From NCBI GenBank assembly GCA_018062625.1, contig JAGORV010000005.1:86-64085 (forward strand): a stretch of DNA of 64,000 bases, in the 5' to 3' direction. This document shows, one piece after another, positions 27,432-36,266 of the stretch. Every line of letters begins with the position of its first letter. Position 1 is the first letter of the stretch. The stretch comes from Candidatus Woesebacteria bacterium. GTDB lineage: Bacteria > Patescibacteriota > Microgenomatia > UBA10105 > UBA927. Under the pieces are notes generated by a model. It made no database searches. It was not told where the DNA came from and worked only from the letters and a program-made list of their open reading frames with translations. The position numbers were made by a program, and so were the translations under genes.

Positions 27432-27644
27432 ATCAGGTTGTGAAATTTCGATCGTTGTTTTTTACGCGATCTAAAATCTATTCTCCTTATCCTTCAAACA
27501 ATATTATATGTACAGGCAATCTATTCTACGACAACGAATTAATCGCGTATCGAAATTCTACTACCTGACATAGTGAATATGTAGTCGCAGGGTAGAAACA
27601 AATCATGCGCACCAATTCGATCGTATGATACAATTACCAACATC

Positions 27645-27716
27645 GCCTGGGTGGCTCAGTGGTAGAGCACGTTCTTGGTAAGAACGTGGTCGCGGGTCCG
27701 ATTCCCGCCCCAGGCT
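27645..27716 (+). tRNA. tRNA-Thr (anticodon GGU)
   Basis: Acceptor GCCTGGG/CCCAGGC, anticodon loop TTGGTAA, T-arm GCGGG-TCCGATT-CCCGC. TGATACAAT box lies upstream. Confidence 0.9.
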
Positions 27717-27724
27717 CACAAAAA

Positions 27725-28162
27725 CTATCTCCTTTTTCTTATCTCCCTATATAGCGGATGCTCACGCAATACAAGCTCTTGGTACACTGCACCCGAAACT
27801 CCCCGAATATTTTCTTGAATAATAGATTTTGGTATTAACCGACGCATAATTCGAGAAAACAGCGTCCCTCTTTTACTGCGATGTGTATCGATAGCAATCT
27901 GTGTAAGTGTGGGCAGCACATCATCACCAGCCTCTCCAAACACCATGTCCCTCCCCAAAGCGATATCGTGATAAACAAATCCACGATTAGACATACGAAG
28001 ATCACCACGCTCTACAGAATCTGCGAGTGAAATCACAACACGATCAGCAAATCTCCCTCTTCCTTCACTGGCAAACGCGTGACTTATTTGCTGTGCAAGC
28101 TTGGCAGCCTCTTGTCCATGAGCTCTAGCTATATAAGATATTCCAACTTCCTTTTTGGGCAT
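27725..28162 (-). CDS. hypothetical protein (145 aa)
   Basis: ORF trimmed to ATG 28162 (MPKKEVG), after the histidine-kinase stop. Last gene of the NOX/TCS gene string. Confidence 0.45.
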   Translation of the reverse strand: MPKKEVGISYIARAHGQEAAKLAQQISHAFASEGRGRFADRVVISLADSVERGDLRMSNRGFVYHDIALGRDMVFGEAGDDVLPTLTQIAIDTHRSKRGTLFSRIMRRLIPKSIIQENIRGVSGAVYQELVLREHPLYREIRKRR

Positions 28163-28217
28163 GCGGAAGATTATAACAAGTAAAATCGCATATTTTCCAG
28201 TGGTGAATCTCTCATTT

Positions 28218-29606
28218 CTATGATAGATTTCCTGATAGTTCGACGCGTATATTATCTGGATCTGTTGCGATAAATCGTACTTCAATCCCCAATTGCTTAC
28301 AAATATCTCTCACGATAGCCATTCCTAAACCATGTCCTTGTATAGAAGAAGTTACTAATCCTCGATAATGGCGTACAAATATATTTGCGGAAGACTCAAT
28401 TCCCGCTCGAGATGCATTGATAACTATCAATCGCCATTGTGCTTTAGTCTGTGTGACTTTGATAACTATCCGACCATGTGCTGGACCATACTTAGCGGCA
28501 TTTTCTAATATATTTCGCAGCAGTGTTCTTGCGAGTCCTATCGGGATTGGGAGTACACATTGACTCGGAATTTCCATCATAACTCTCGATGGATTTGGTA
28601 AAGACTGTATCAACTCTCGACACAGCGACTGTAGCTTCCAATGATTATTTTTTGATTGCAACGTAGATATCTCGTGGATCGCTACGTCGAGTAGACCATC
28701 TACCTGCTCCCCCAAGCCAACCATTTCATGGATCACTTCATCGAGTGTTTTTTGATGCACTTTCTTTACATGGGGCCGCATCAACGATAGTCTTGCGTTC
28801 ACACGTGCTAACGGTGTTTTAAATTCATGAGATAAATTTTGCGCCATTTCTCGCTGTCTCGTAAGCGAAGATCGAACCCGTGATATCAGCGCTTGTAGCG
28901 TCTCAGTGAGCACGCGGACATCATGATCCATGCGGGATGAGAGGGAAAATGTTTCTGGGAGCTCATCTACCTTCATCGCTTCTACCTTTTTCACTAATTC
29001 TCGCAACGGGGCAAGTGTTGTTTGTGTTCCCCATCGAATCACAATCGCTGATACAATCCACGTAATAGGCAACTGAATCATCAATGCCCAAAACAATGAG
29101 TTCACCAATACTGGCCAAATATAATTTACTCGGGTAAGTTGTATATATCCAACAACCGTAGATCCTGATCGAAGAGGCGCGGTAAATACATCCAGCCGAC
29201 CAATCTTTGCCACCTCCACATCTTTATATGTCTCATCTTTCTCCTGATGCATGTCTTTTTCCGAAAACAACGAGGCCAATTCCCCCGTGTTTATGTTTCG
29301 ATATATGCCATATTTTGCCAATGATGCACCCGATGCACTGGCTATATATAAACTCATGTCCATATTTCGTAATAAAACAACCAACGAAGCACCCTCATCC
29401 TTTTTTTGTAACACGACGTTTCCATTTACCCCCATGAGATGTTCTGAAATGATTTGCTGTGACGCTTGTGCTAATTGTTGTTGGATTTGCTGTTCTGTTT
29501 GCACATACACGAGAATTCCAATCACCAGTGTCGCGATAGTCACGATAACTGACGCTAATATACCAACGGTGAAGATAAGTTTGGTAGATAATCCTATGTT
29601 GTGCAT
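28218..29606 (-). CDS. sensor histidine kinase (two TM helices, HisKA + HATPase_c)
   Basis: H-box LSHEFKTPLARV, N-box NILENAAKYG, G-box GHGLGMAIV. Confidence 0.9.
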   Translation of the reverse strand: MHNIGLSTKLIFTVGILASVIVTIATLVIGILVYVQTEQQIQQQLAQASQQIISEHLMGVNGNVVLQKKDEGASLVVLLRNMDMSLYIASASGASLAKYGIYRNINTGELASLFSEKDMHQEKDETYKDVEVAKIGRLDVFTAPLRSGSTVVGYIQLTRVNYIWPVLVNSLFWALMIQLPITWIVSAIVIRWGTQTTLAPLRELVKKVEAMKVDELPETFSLSSRMDHDVRVLTETLQALISRVRSSLTRQREMAQNLSHEFKTPLARVNARLSLMRPHVKKVHQKTLDEVIHEMVGLGEQVDGLLDVAIHEISTLQSKNNHWKLQSLCRELIQSLPNPSRVMMEIPSQCVLPIPIGLARTLLRNILENAAKYGPAHGRIVIKVTQTKAQWRLIVINASRAGIESSANIFVRHYRGLVTSSIQGHGLGMAIVRDICKQLGIEVRFIATDPDNIRVELSGNLS

Positions 29607-30274
29607 ATCATGTATCCTTTACCACGCACCGTGGTGATAATAGACTTTACTCCCGCCTTGTCTAATTTTTCTCGAATATAACGCACATGCACATCCACGG
29701 TATTTGAAAACATGTCAATATCCTCACCCCATACATGTTCCAGTATTGTTTGTCTATCCATCGCAACACCAATATGATCGATAAGATACGCAAATAACTG
29801 ATACTCCTTGGGGGATAAATCCATCAACTCCCCACGTCGCGTAACCGTATGTGAATTTGTATTCACGCATATATCTCCCACACAAATTACCGATTGCGTG
29901 ACTGGTCTATCTTTCCGTCGTACCAAGGATCGCACACGTGCTAACAACACCTGCGGAAGAAATGGTTTAGATAGATAATCATCAGCACCTGCATCTAACC
30001 CATCAATCACATCATGCGGTTGATATTTTGCGGTGAGCATAAGTATGGGAACACCAATGGACTCTTTTCGTACTTTGTCCACGATTTGTGTCCCATCTCC
30101 ATCCGGAAGACCTCTATCTAAGATAAGACAGTCGTACGATTCGATTTCTATACGCTCTAAACTCTTTGCTATAGTCGATTCGTGATCTACAACATATCCA
30201 TCCGTCCGAAGCAATGCCATGAGACCGTCAGCAATTATCTGATCATCTTCTACTAATAGTATTCGCATACGCAC
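29594..30274 (-). CDS. OmpR-family response regulator
   Basis: RILLVEDD...LILDRGLPDGDG receiver domain plus a winged-helix C-terminus. Overlaps the kinase start by 13 nt. Confidence 0.9.
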   Translation of the reverse strand: MRMRILLVEDDQIIADGLMALLRTDGYVVDHESTIAKSLERIEIESYDCLILDRGLPDGDGTQIVDKVRKESIGVPILMLTAKYQPHDVIDGLDAGADDYLSKPFLPQVLLARVRSLVRRKDRPVTQSVICVGDICVNTNSHTVTRRGELMDLSPKEYQLFAYLIDHIGVAMDRQTILEHVWGEDIDMFSNTVDVHVRYIREKLDKAGVKSIITTVRGKGYMICTT

Positions 30275-30283
30275 ATACTATAC

Positions 30284-30799
30284 CTAAACGCGAAATCTTG
30301 CCATGTAATCAAGCAAGCTTTTGCCATGTTTTGACCAAAACACCTGACTCATATCGGCACCGCATGTGAATACGTTTCCTCCAGAATGTGCAGAACGAAA
30401 TGCTGTTATGTCATATGCTACTCCGTCTATCTGTATCAAACATCTATTGTCTACAGGTGATGGTGGTGGAGCTGTGGTTGGTGGTGCGCTCGTCGGGGCA
30501 ACAGCGCTCCCCCCAGATGAGGTGACAGTCGTGGTAACCGCAGGAGCAGGCACCGAACCCGATGTGACCTGTCCCGCAACTTGTGCTTTACGAACCACGC
30601 GAACTATACGACGTTTTGGTATTTTTGTGGGCGTAGGACTAGAAATTTCTGTAGCGGGCGTGGGAATTGGCGTTTCTGTTTTTACAAGAAATGAATTACG
30701 AATTACCGCTTGTTTTACCAACGGTCCCCAACTTATGACACCTATCATAAGCACGGCATTCACAAATGCTATCGCTATAAATTGCTTTAACGTGTTCAT
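30284..30799 (-). CDS. membrane-anchored cytochrome b5-like heme domain protein
   Basis: N-terminal TM helix, Pro/Thr linker, then VAYDITAFRSAHSGG...WSKHGKS (compare HPGG...GHS of b5). Confidence 0.65.
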   Translation of the reverse strand: MNTLKQFIAIAFVNAVLMIGVISWGPLVKQAVIRNSFLVKTETPIPTPATEISSPTPTKIPKRRIVRVVRKAQVAGQVTSGSVPAPAVTTTVTSSGGSAVAPTSAPPTTAPPPSPVDNRCLIQIDGVAYDITAFRSAHSGGNVFTCGADMSQVFWSKHGKSLLDYMARFRV

Positions 30800-32061
30800 C
30801 GAAATGAAAAGTCTTCAAATGATATATGTTTTTTTTGAATTCCTAACTCATACAGCTGATCACTCAACGTGTGCATCATCGCTTGTGGTCCACACAACCA
30901 CACGCGCATTCCAGGGGCTACAGATACATAGGAGCAGATGCGATCTGCAGTAAGTCTACCTGCTTGTTGGGTGTCATGTACGACAAACGAAACCTGTGGC
31001 AAATGTGAAACAAGTTGACGAACGATTTGTATAAGCAATCGTGGTCCTTCTCCACGAACGGAAAGTATTAACGTCAATTGTTGATGCGTCTGTAGCGCAG
31101 AAAGTAACGAAACAAATGGCGTAATCCCAATGCCGCCAGCCACCCACAGCATACGAGGTGTAGCCCGTATATTTTGACCAAATGTTCCATATGGTCCACG
31201 AACTAAAATATTTGTACCAATTTGGGATTGCGCAAGTTGCAAAGTAAATCCCCCTGTCACTTTTATGCCAAATTTCACCAGATCACCTTCATGCGCTATC
31301 ACTGAAAATGGATGTTCATGACGAACACTTTTTGGATGATCGAATGCCAAAAATCCAAACTGCCCCGACTGAAACATGATCGCATCTTGCTCCGTTTTTG
31401 CACGAAGTGTTACCACAACAACGTCATGTTCCCACTGTAATTGCTCAAGAACATATCGCTTTGCAGAAAATAATGAATAATATAAAAATCTTTTGTAGAG
31501 ATATGCTGCAATCGCAATAACACTCCACGCACTCATCCATATAGTCAACGGTAAAAATGTCGACATATCCGATGACACGAGTAACCCATGCCATGCACCA
31601 AATATAATCACAATTCCCATCCATTCATGTGTTTGTTTCCATAGCTTATACGGCATATCTACAAACAACGTAAGAACAATCAATAATATAAGCACATATA
31701 ATGCAATCATCCCAAGCGTATAGGAAAATATTCCCCCAGGCAAAAGATACGTCGCAAGCATATTTGATGGTAACTGACGAAGAATAAGCAAGAGTGGATG
31801 ATGCAATAGAAGTAAAAATGAAACTCCCCCCAATAGGTGATGCAGCTTGTATTGCTTATCGATACCACCAAATAATCGCTCTATAAAGCTATGACGAATT
31901 GCGAGAATATACGTCCATGAAAGGGTAAATAGTCCAAAAATTCCAGTACCTTGTGCTAACCATTGCCACACATCCGATGCGGGACTTGCACGTTTAGCCA
32001 AAAAAAACATAAACGCAGTTTCAAATACCATGCTCCAAAAAATTATATTGCCGTATTTCAT
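30796..32061 (-). CDS. NOX/ferric-reductase-family flavocytochrome (FRD TM domain + FAD + NAD(P)H domains)
   Basis: His pairs HHLLGGVSFLLLLHH and HEWMGIVIIFGAWH, plus HPFSV and GGIGITPF motifs. ATGA overlaps at both ends. Confidence 0.8.
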   Translation of the reverse strand: MKYGNIIFWSMVFETAFMFFLAKRASPASDVWQWLAQGTGIFGLFTLSWTYILAIRHSFIERLFGGIDKQYKLHHLLGGVSFLLLLHHPLLLILRQLPSNMLATYLLPGGIFSYTLGMIALYVLILLIVLTLFVDMPYKLWKQTHEWMGIVIIFGAWHGLLVSSDMSTFLPLTIWMSAWSVIAIAAYLYKRFLYYSLFSAKRYVLEQLQWEHDVVVVTLRAKTEQDAIMFQSGQFGFLAFDHPKSVRHEHPFSVIAHEGDLVKFGIKVTGGFTLQLAQSQIGTNILVRGPYGTFGQNIRATPRMLWVAGGIGITPFVSLLSALQTHQQLTLILSVRGEGPRLLIQIVRQLVSHLPQVSFVVHDTQQAGRLTADRICSYVSVAPGMRVWLCGPQAMMHTLSDQLYELGIQKKHISFEDFSFR

Positions 32062-32444
32062 AATTTCACCCTACCTACTACAGAATATTTTTGTGTAATG
32101 ATATCTCCGCCGACTAGATGAAGTAATGAGCTTGCGTCCGTTCCCGCAAGCATATGATATGGTTTGTCAGGTGCATAAAACGCATCTCTTCCGCGAGAAA
32201 TGTCATATACCAGACCATCCAACGCAAGATATACCGGTTTATGGATGTCTGAACCGTCATACGCTGCCAATTCTGACAGCGTATACTCTGGAAGCGTTGT
32301 ATTATCTTCTGATTTATGCGGTGATTGATACTTCCGCGTAGCGAGAAATGCTACGTCGCCTACCAACATCACACAAAGAAACAATCCTAGATATAGCCTA
32401 TTATTTCGCTGACTCTGTTTCTGGTGTTTCATGCTCGTCTTCAT
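32058..32444 (-). CDS. membrane-anchored MAPR-type cytochrome b5-like heme/steroid-binding domain protein
   Basis: YTLSELAAYDGSDIHKPVYLALDGLVYDISRGRDAFYAPDKPYHMLAGTDAS parallels the PGRMC1 core. Confidence 0.7.
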   Translation of the reverse strand: MKTSMKHQKQSQRNNRLYLGLFLCVMLVGDVAFLATRKYQSPHKSEDNTTLPEYTLSELAAYDGSDIHKPVYLALDGLVYDISRGRDAFYAPDKPYHMLAGTDASSLLHLVGGDIITQKYSVVGRVKL

Positions 32445-32865
32445 CCTTTTTTATCTCAGATGACTCATGCTTCTCCACGGATATCCGATCATCATCGCCA
32501 TCTTCAAATTCATCTTCATCTTCATCTTCAATTTTTCCTGACATCGAGACACCAGTTACGACAGGAAATTTTGAGGAACTAGCTCCAGATGCACCCGTCG
32601 ATCCGCTTGATCCAGAAAATTTGGGAGCTACAGTTGGACTTGGAGACGTACCCGTTGGAAGCACCTGTGACACCTCTTCCACAATAGTCTCTACAATCTC
32701 TTCCTGTTCATCTTCTGGTGTTGCCGTAGGCGATGGTAATGACGGTACAACAACCCTTTGCTCAAGTGGTGCAGCAAAAATTTTGTAACCTGCAAAACTC
32801 GTTGTCGATAACGACACGATTAACCCAAGGATTGGTCCTATTTTCCCTAACATCTGTTTATTCAT
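32401..32865 (-). CDS. exported or anchored protein with a strongly acidic C-terminus
   Basis: GGAGG SD, N-terminal hydrophobic segment, and EDEDEDEFEDGDDD...DEDEHETPETE. Confidence 0.5.
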   Translation of the reverse strand: MNKQMLGKIGPILGLIVSLSTTSFAGYKIFAAPLEQRVVVPSLPSPTATPEDEQEEIVETIVEEVSQVLPTGTSPSPTVAPKFSGSSGSTGASGASSSKFPVVTGVSMSGKIEDEDEDEFEDGDDDRISVEKHESSEIKKDEDEHETPETESAK

Positions 32866-32956
32866 ACATCCTCCTATATAACCCTTTCAAACGATAATAT
32901 ATGTACTATATCTGGTGCATGATTAAGAGAAGATTAAGAAGTAGGTCTTCAAAAAA

Positions 32957-33955
32957 CTAGAATAATCGAAAGGGACTAACCGCTGCATCAAATTTATTTT
33001 TACGGTCAGAATTTATTATACCCGCGCGAATAGCGTATACCATTTTCCAAATCATAGTGCGCAATCGATATATGTTTATTTTTTCCTCATATAAATCAGG
33101 TAGTCTGCGTACAGACTGATATCCTTCGATAAGCTTTTGATCTCGTGGAAAATGCGTCTTCCACGTGGGTGCACTGGCTAAATCCAACATGGGATCGCCC
33201 GTTACAGCCGCCTCCCAGTCAAATATCCCCGTGATTGTTTGATTACCGTCAAGCATAATATTGTGATCGGCTAAATCGTAATGCACTAAAGTAGATGTCG
33301 CTACACTCATCACATCTTTATATGTATCAAATATCTTTCGGAGCGCTCCCCCTTGTGACATAGACACAATACCCGCAGTAACCAAAAATTGAATGTCCGC
33401 ATCTAACTGAACAATTATATAGTCGTACATTGACCGCTTTGTGCCTTTCAGTGTTTCGTCAAATCTACCAAATCCCTCAAACGACAATCCTCCCCACTGG
33501 GCAATATACGATCCAAGTTGAAAAGACAGTGCGTCGTAGGACTCTTGTGAGCCGTCGAAATGATCCTCTACGTCTTTCCCAACTAACTGTTCCTGTATCT
33601 GAAAATCAAATGCAAATTTTTTCCTAGAAATATCTACTCCGAGAATTTTGTTCACCGGAATCCCAAGTGATGAAACTTTGTCTGTAAGCAATTTTTCGAC
33701 CAACATATATATCTCTGGAGAACCGTATCCAATATTTGCACGTAAAATAAGCGGGATTGCGAGTTCTTTCACAGTCACTATAAAAACGACGTGACTGGTT
33801 CCCCAAGAAGTAGGTTTTATCCACGAAACTGCAGTAAATCTGTGCTCACGAAAAACATCAGGAATAATCGATGCATCAAAAGACTCGTATCTATTTTTGA
33901 GTGCGGCTATTTCAGCATCCGTCCTATGGGCAACTGGATAAAATATATCGCTCAT
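32957..33955 (-). CDS. phosphotransferase-family (APH/choline-kinase-like) kinase
   Basis: LVHYDLADHNIMLDG...GIFDWEAA catalytic and Mg loops. Confidence 0.7.
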   Translation of the reverse strand: MSDIFYPVAHRTDAEIAALKNRYESFDASIIPDVFREHRFTAVSWIKPTSWGTSHVVFIVTVKELAIPLILRANIGYGSPEIYMLVEKLLTDKVSSLGIPVNKILGVDISRKKFAFDFQIQEQLVGKDVEDHFDGSQESYDALSFQLGSYIAQWGGLSFEGFGRFDETLKGTKRSMYDYIIVQLDADIQFLVTAGIVSMSQGGALRKIFDTYKDVMSVATSTLVHYDLADHNIMLDGNQTITGIFDWEAAVTGDPMLDLASAPTWKTHFPRDQKLIEGYQSVRRLPDLYEEKINIYRLRTMIWKMVYAIRAGIINSDRKNKFDAAVSPFRLF

Positions 33956-34815
33956 AATACGAGAAGCATTAAGCCTAAAATAACACCGATAATGCCAATA
34001 AACTTTCTCGTGTTAAGCTCATCTCGAAACAACACGGCAGAAAACAACGATATACCCGCAATAGATGATGCATTAAATGCATTGATATAACCTATATTTG
34101 GAGCCACACTGTAACCCACTTGTATAAAGTAATTGAACGATGCGGATAATAGTCCGATAAGCAATAATATACCCGCTGTCTTACCACTCAATGGGAATCG
34201 CTGTTTCTTTCCAAGAATCATTTCTATACAGATTATTCCACTTACTATAGCCGCTAGATATATAAGACGGGTATAGACTGGCACACCCAAATCCAACAAA
34301 TATTTCGACATAATCGCCAACATCCCAAAACAGAGAAAAGCTCCCAACGCGTACGGTAACCATCGAAGTCGAACATGTGACTGATCGGATTTTGGCTTTC
34401 CGATCATGACCATTGCGGAAGCTAAAATAATCAAAAGAATGGCAAGCCCTGACCTAATCGTCACCACACCGCCTAAAAACAACACAGCTACCAGTGTAGT
34501 AAACACCACATAACTTTTTTGAATAATCAAACTGTATCCAGGGTTTGGCGCGTATTCTATACTTTTCAGGGAAAATATATTTCCCAAATAACTACAGAAA
34601 ATAGATATAAGCACAATGATGCTTAGCGCGTGCGGTGTAACGTGCAATGACGTATCGGTCATACGGGCAAACACTAAGTACAACGGGAGCGGCACGATAA
34701 ACATACTCAAGTTTTGATAGATAAGTGGAACCTTTAACGCGTTACTCATTCGGACAAGCAGATACATTGCCACTGAGGACGCAAAAACCAAAAATCCAGC
34801 GAGTATCCAATTCAT
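33952..34815 (-). CDS. EamA/DMT-family transporter
   Basis: About 10 TM helices, 287 aa. 4-nt overlap with the downstream kinase gene. Confidence 0.7.
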   Translation of the reverse strand: MNWILAGFLVFASSVAMYLLVRMSNALKVPLIYQNLSMFIVPLPLYLVFARMTDTSLHVTPHALSIIVLISIFCSYLGNIFSLKSIEYAPNPGYSLIIQKSYVVFTTLVAVLFLGGVVTIRSGLAILLIILASAMVMIGKPKSDQSHVRLRWLPYALGAFLCFGMLAIMSKYLLDLGVPVYTRLIYLAAIVSGIICIEMILGKKQRFPLSGKTAGILLLIGLLSASFNYFIQVGYSVAPNIGYINAFNASSIAGISLFSAVLFRDELNTRKFIGIIGVILGLMLLVL

Positions 34816-34827
34816 ATGATTATTATA

Positions 34828-35691
34828 TTATGTTGACAGCCCCAATGCTGCTACAAACATCACTGCGGCCGCTACAAGGCGGATGGCGTACACCTTTCCT
34901 GTGTGTTTTTCTAGGATATGCGGAGCAAATTTTGCTATAGCCATAGTCATAAGCATCGCCAAAGGTAGCGATATAATGGCGATAGATATACCTATATTTT
35001 CACCAAATGCTTTTATAGAAAACAACAATCCTGCAGTGTATAACATAGTCGTAATCGCAATCCCAACGTGATGAGAGGGTTTGGTCCGAACCAACTCTTT
35101 ATAAAATAATGGTAATGTCGGCAAATATATGATCACAGCAATCACTGCTGGCCATAGCGACACTTCCCAAAACCCGTTGGTAAGCGAAGCATATTTAATC
35201 ATGGAATTAAACCAAACCGAAGAAAGTATCCAAGCAAACGCAAGCAAAATATTTCTATTCAAGACACTTTTAATACTAAATTTTTCATCGAGATTCACGA
35301 GTATTCCTGCCAAAAACACGACCCCGATCAACGCCCATTGCACCACGGTAAGTTTTTCACCAAATATCAATGCACCACTTAACGCCAATAGCGGTGTACG
35401 GAGCATGGCTAGAGGGCTCAAAATACTCAGATCCACCGCAAAAAATGCAAGAATAAAAAGCAATCCCGATACAGCATTGGCAACACCCAACCACAACATG
35501 CTACCCCAGTCTTGGGGCAAACCCACATGCCCCATGATCGCAAAAGGCAAAATCGAAATTACCGTAAGCACTGCCCAAACAAAATTATAGTGCCAAGGAT
35601 TCGTAATCTGATGTTTGGTCGAAATTTTTCCCACCACAGAGCCCAATCCATATGTAAAACTCGTAAGCCATGCATACAATATATACGACAT
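34828..35691 (-). CDS. EamA/DMT-family transporter (tandem paralogue)
   Basis: Start trimmed to ATG 35691 (MSYILYAWLTS). About 10 TM helices. Confidence 0.65.
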   Translation of the reverse strand: MSYILYAWLTSFTYGLGSVVGKISTKHQITNPWHYNFVWAVLTVISILPFAIMGHVGLPQDWGSMLWLGVANAVSGLLFILAFFAVDLSILSPLAMLRTPLLALSGALIFGEKLTVVQWALIGVVFLAGILVNLDEKFSIKSVLNRNILLAFAWILSSVWFNSMIKYASLTNGFWEVSLWPAVIAVIIYLPTLPLFYKELVRTKPSHHVGIAITTMLYTAGLLFSIKAFGENIGISIAIISLPLAMLMTMAIAKFAPHILEKHTGKVYAIRLVAAAVMFVAALGLST

Positions 35692-35846
35692 AGATGTGAG
35701 TATAGTGCAAACCGATATATTGACAAGTGTGCAGAAATACCGTTGACTAATGCAATATATTATAAATTTTATTGTCATCGTAGACTTGGCAGAAGCTCGT
35801 CATAACACTTCATCGCTTTGATCTTCGCACTGACCTGAATTTCACT

Positions 35847-36233
35847 ATGTTAAACAGCACCGATCCAAAAGAAGCAGATATGTTTGGCCAAGAACTCACC
35901 CTTAATTTATACGATTGTGATCTGGCAAAAATATCTAGTGGCGAAGAAATAAAGAAATTTGTCATCGAACTTTGTGACAACGTGATCCATATGAAACGAT
36001 ATGGCGAACCACTTATCCCACATTTCGGTCACGATAACCCGATCACCAGTGGATATTCACTCGTACAACTTATCGAGACAAGTTCGGTGACTGCACACTT
36101 TTCTGAATATAAAAAAAGTGTCTATCTCAACGTATTTTCGTGTGCATGGTTTGATCCCAAGGCGACGGAAGAATTTTGTAAATCATTTTTTGGAGCAGGT
36201 CGAGTCGAAGCGCATCTGTTGAAGCGAGTATAA
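35847..36233 (+). CDS. speD: S-adenosylmethionine decarboxylase-family (class 1b, pyruvoyl) protein
   Basis: GQELTLNLYDCD and SLVQLIETSSVTAHFSEY...NVFSC parallel the Thermotoga/Bacillus SpeD sequence VVISESHLTIHTWPE...DLFTC. Confidence 0.6.
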   Translation: MLNSTDPKEADMFGQELTLNLYDCDLAKISSGEEIKKFVIELCDNVIHMKRYGEPLIPHFGHDNPITSGYSLVQLIETSSVTAHFSEYKKSVYLNVFSCAWFDPKATEEFCKSFFGAGRVEAHLLKRV

Positions 36234-36266
36234 TATCTATAGTGTCTTTTCAACTGCGACGAGAAC

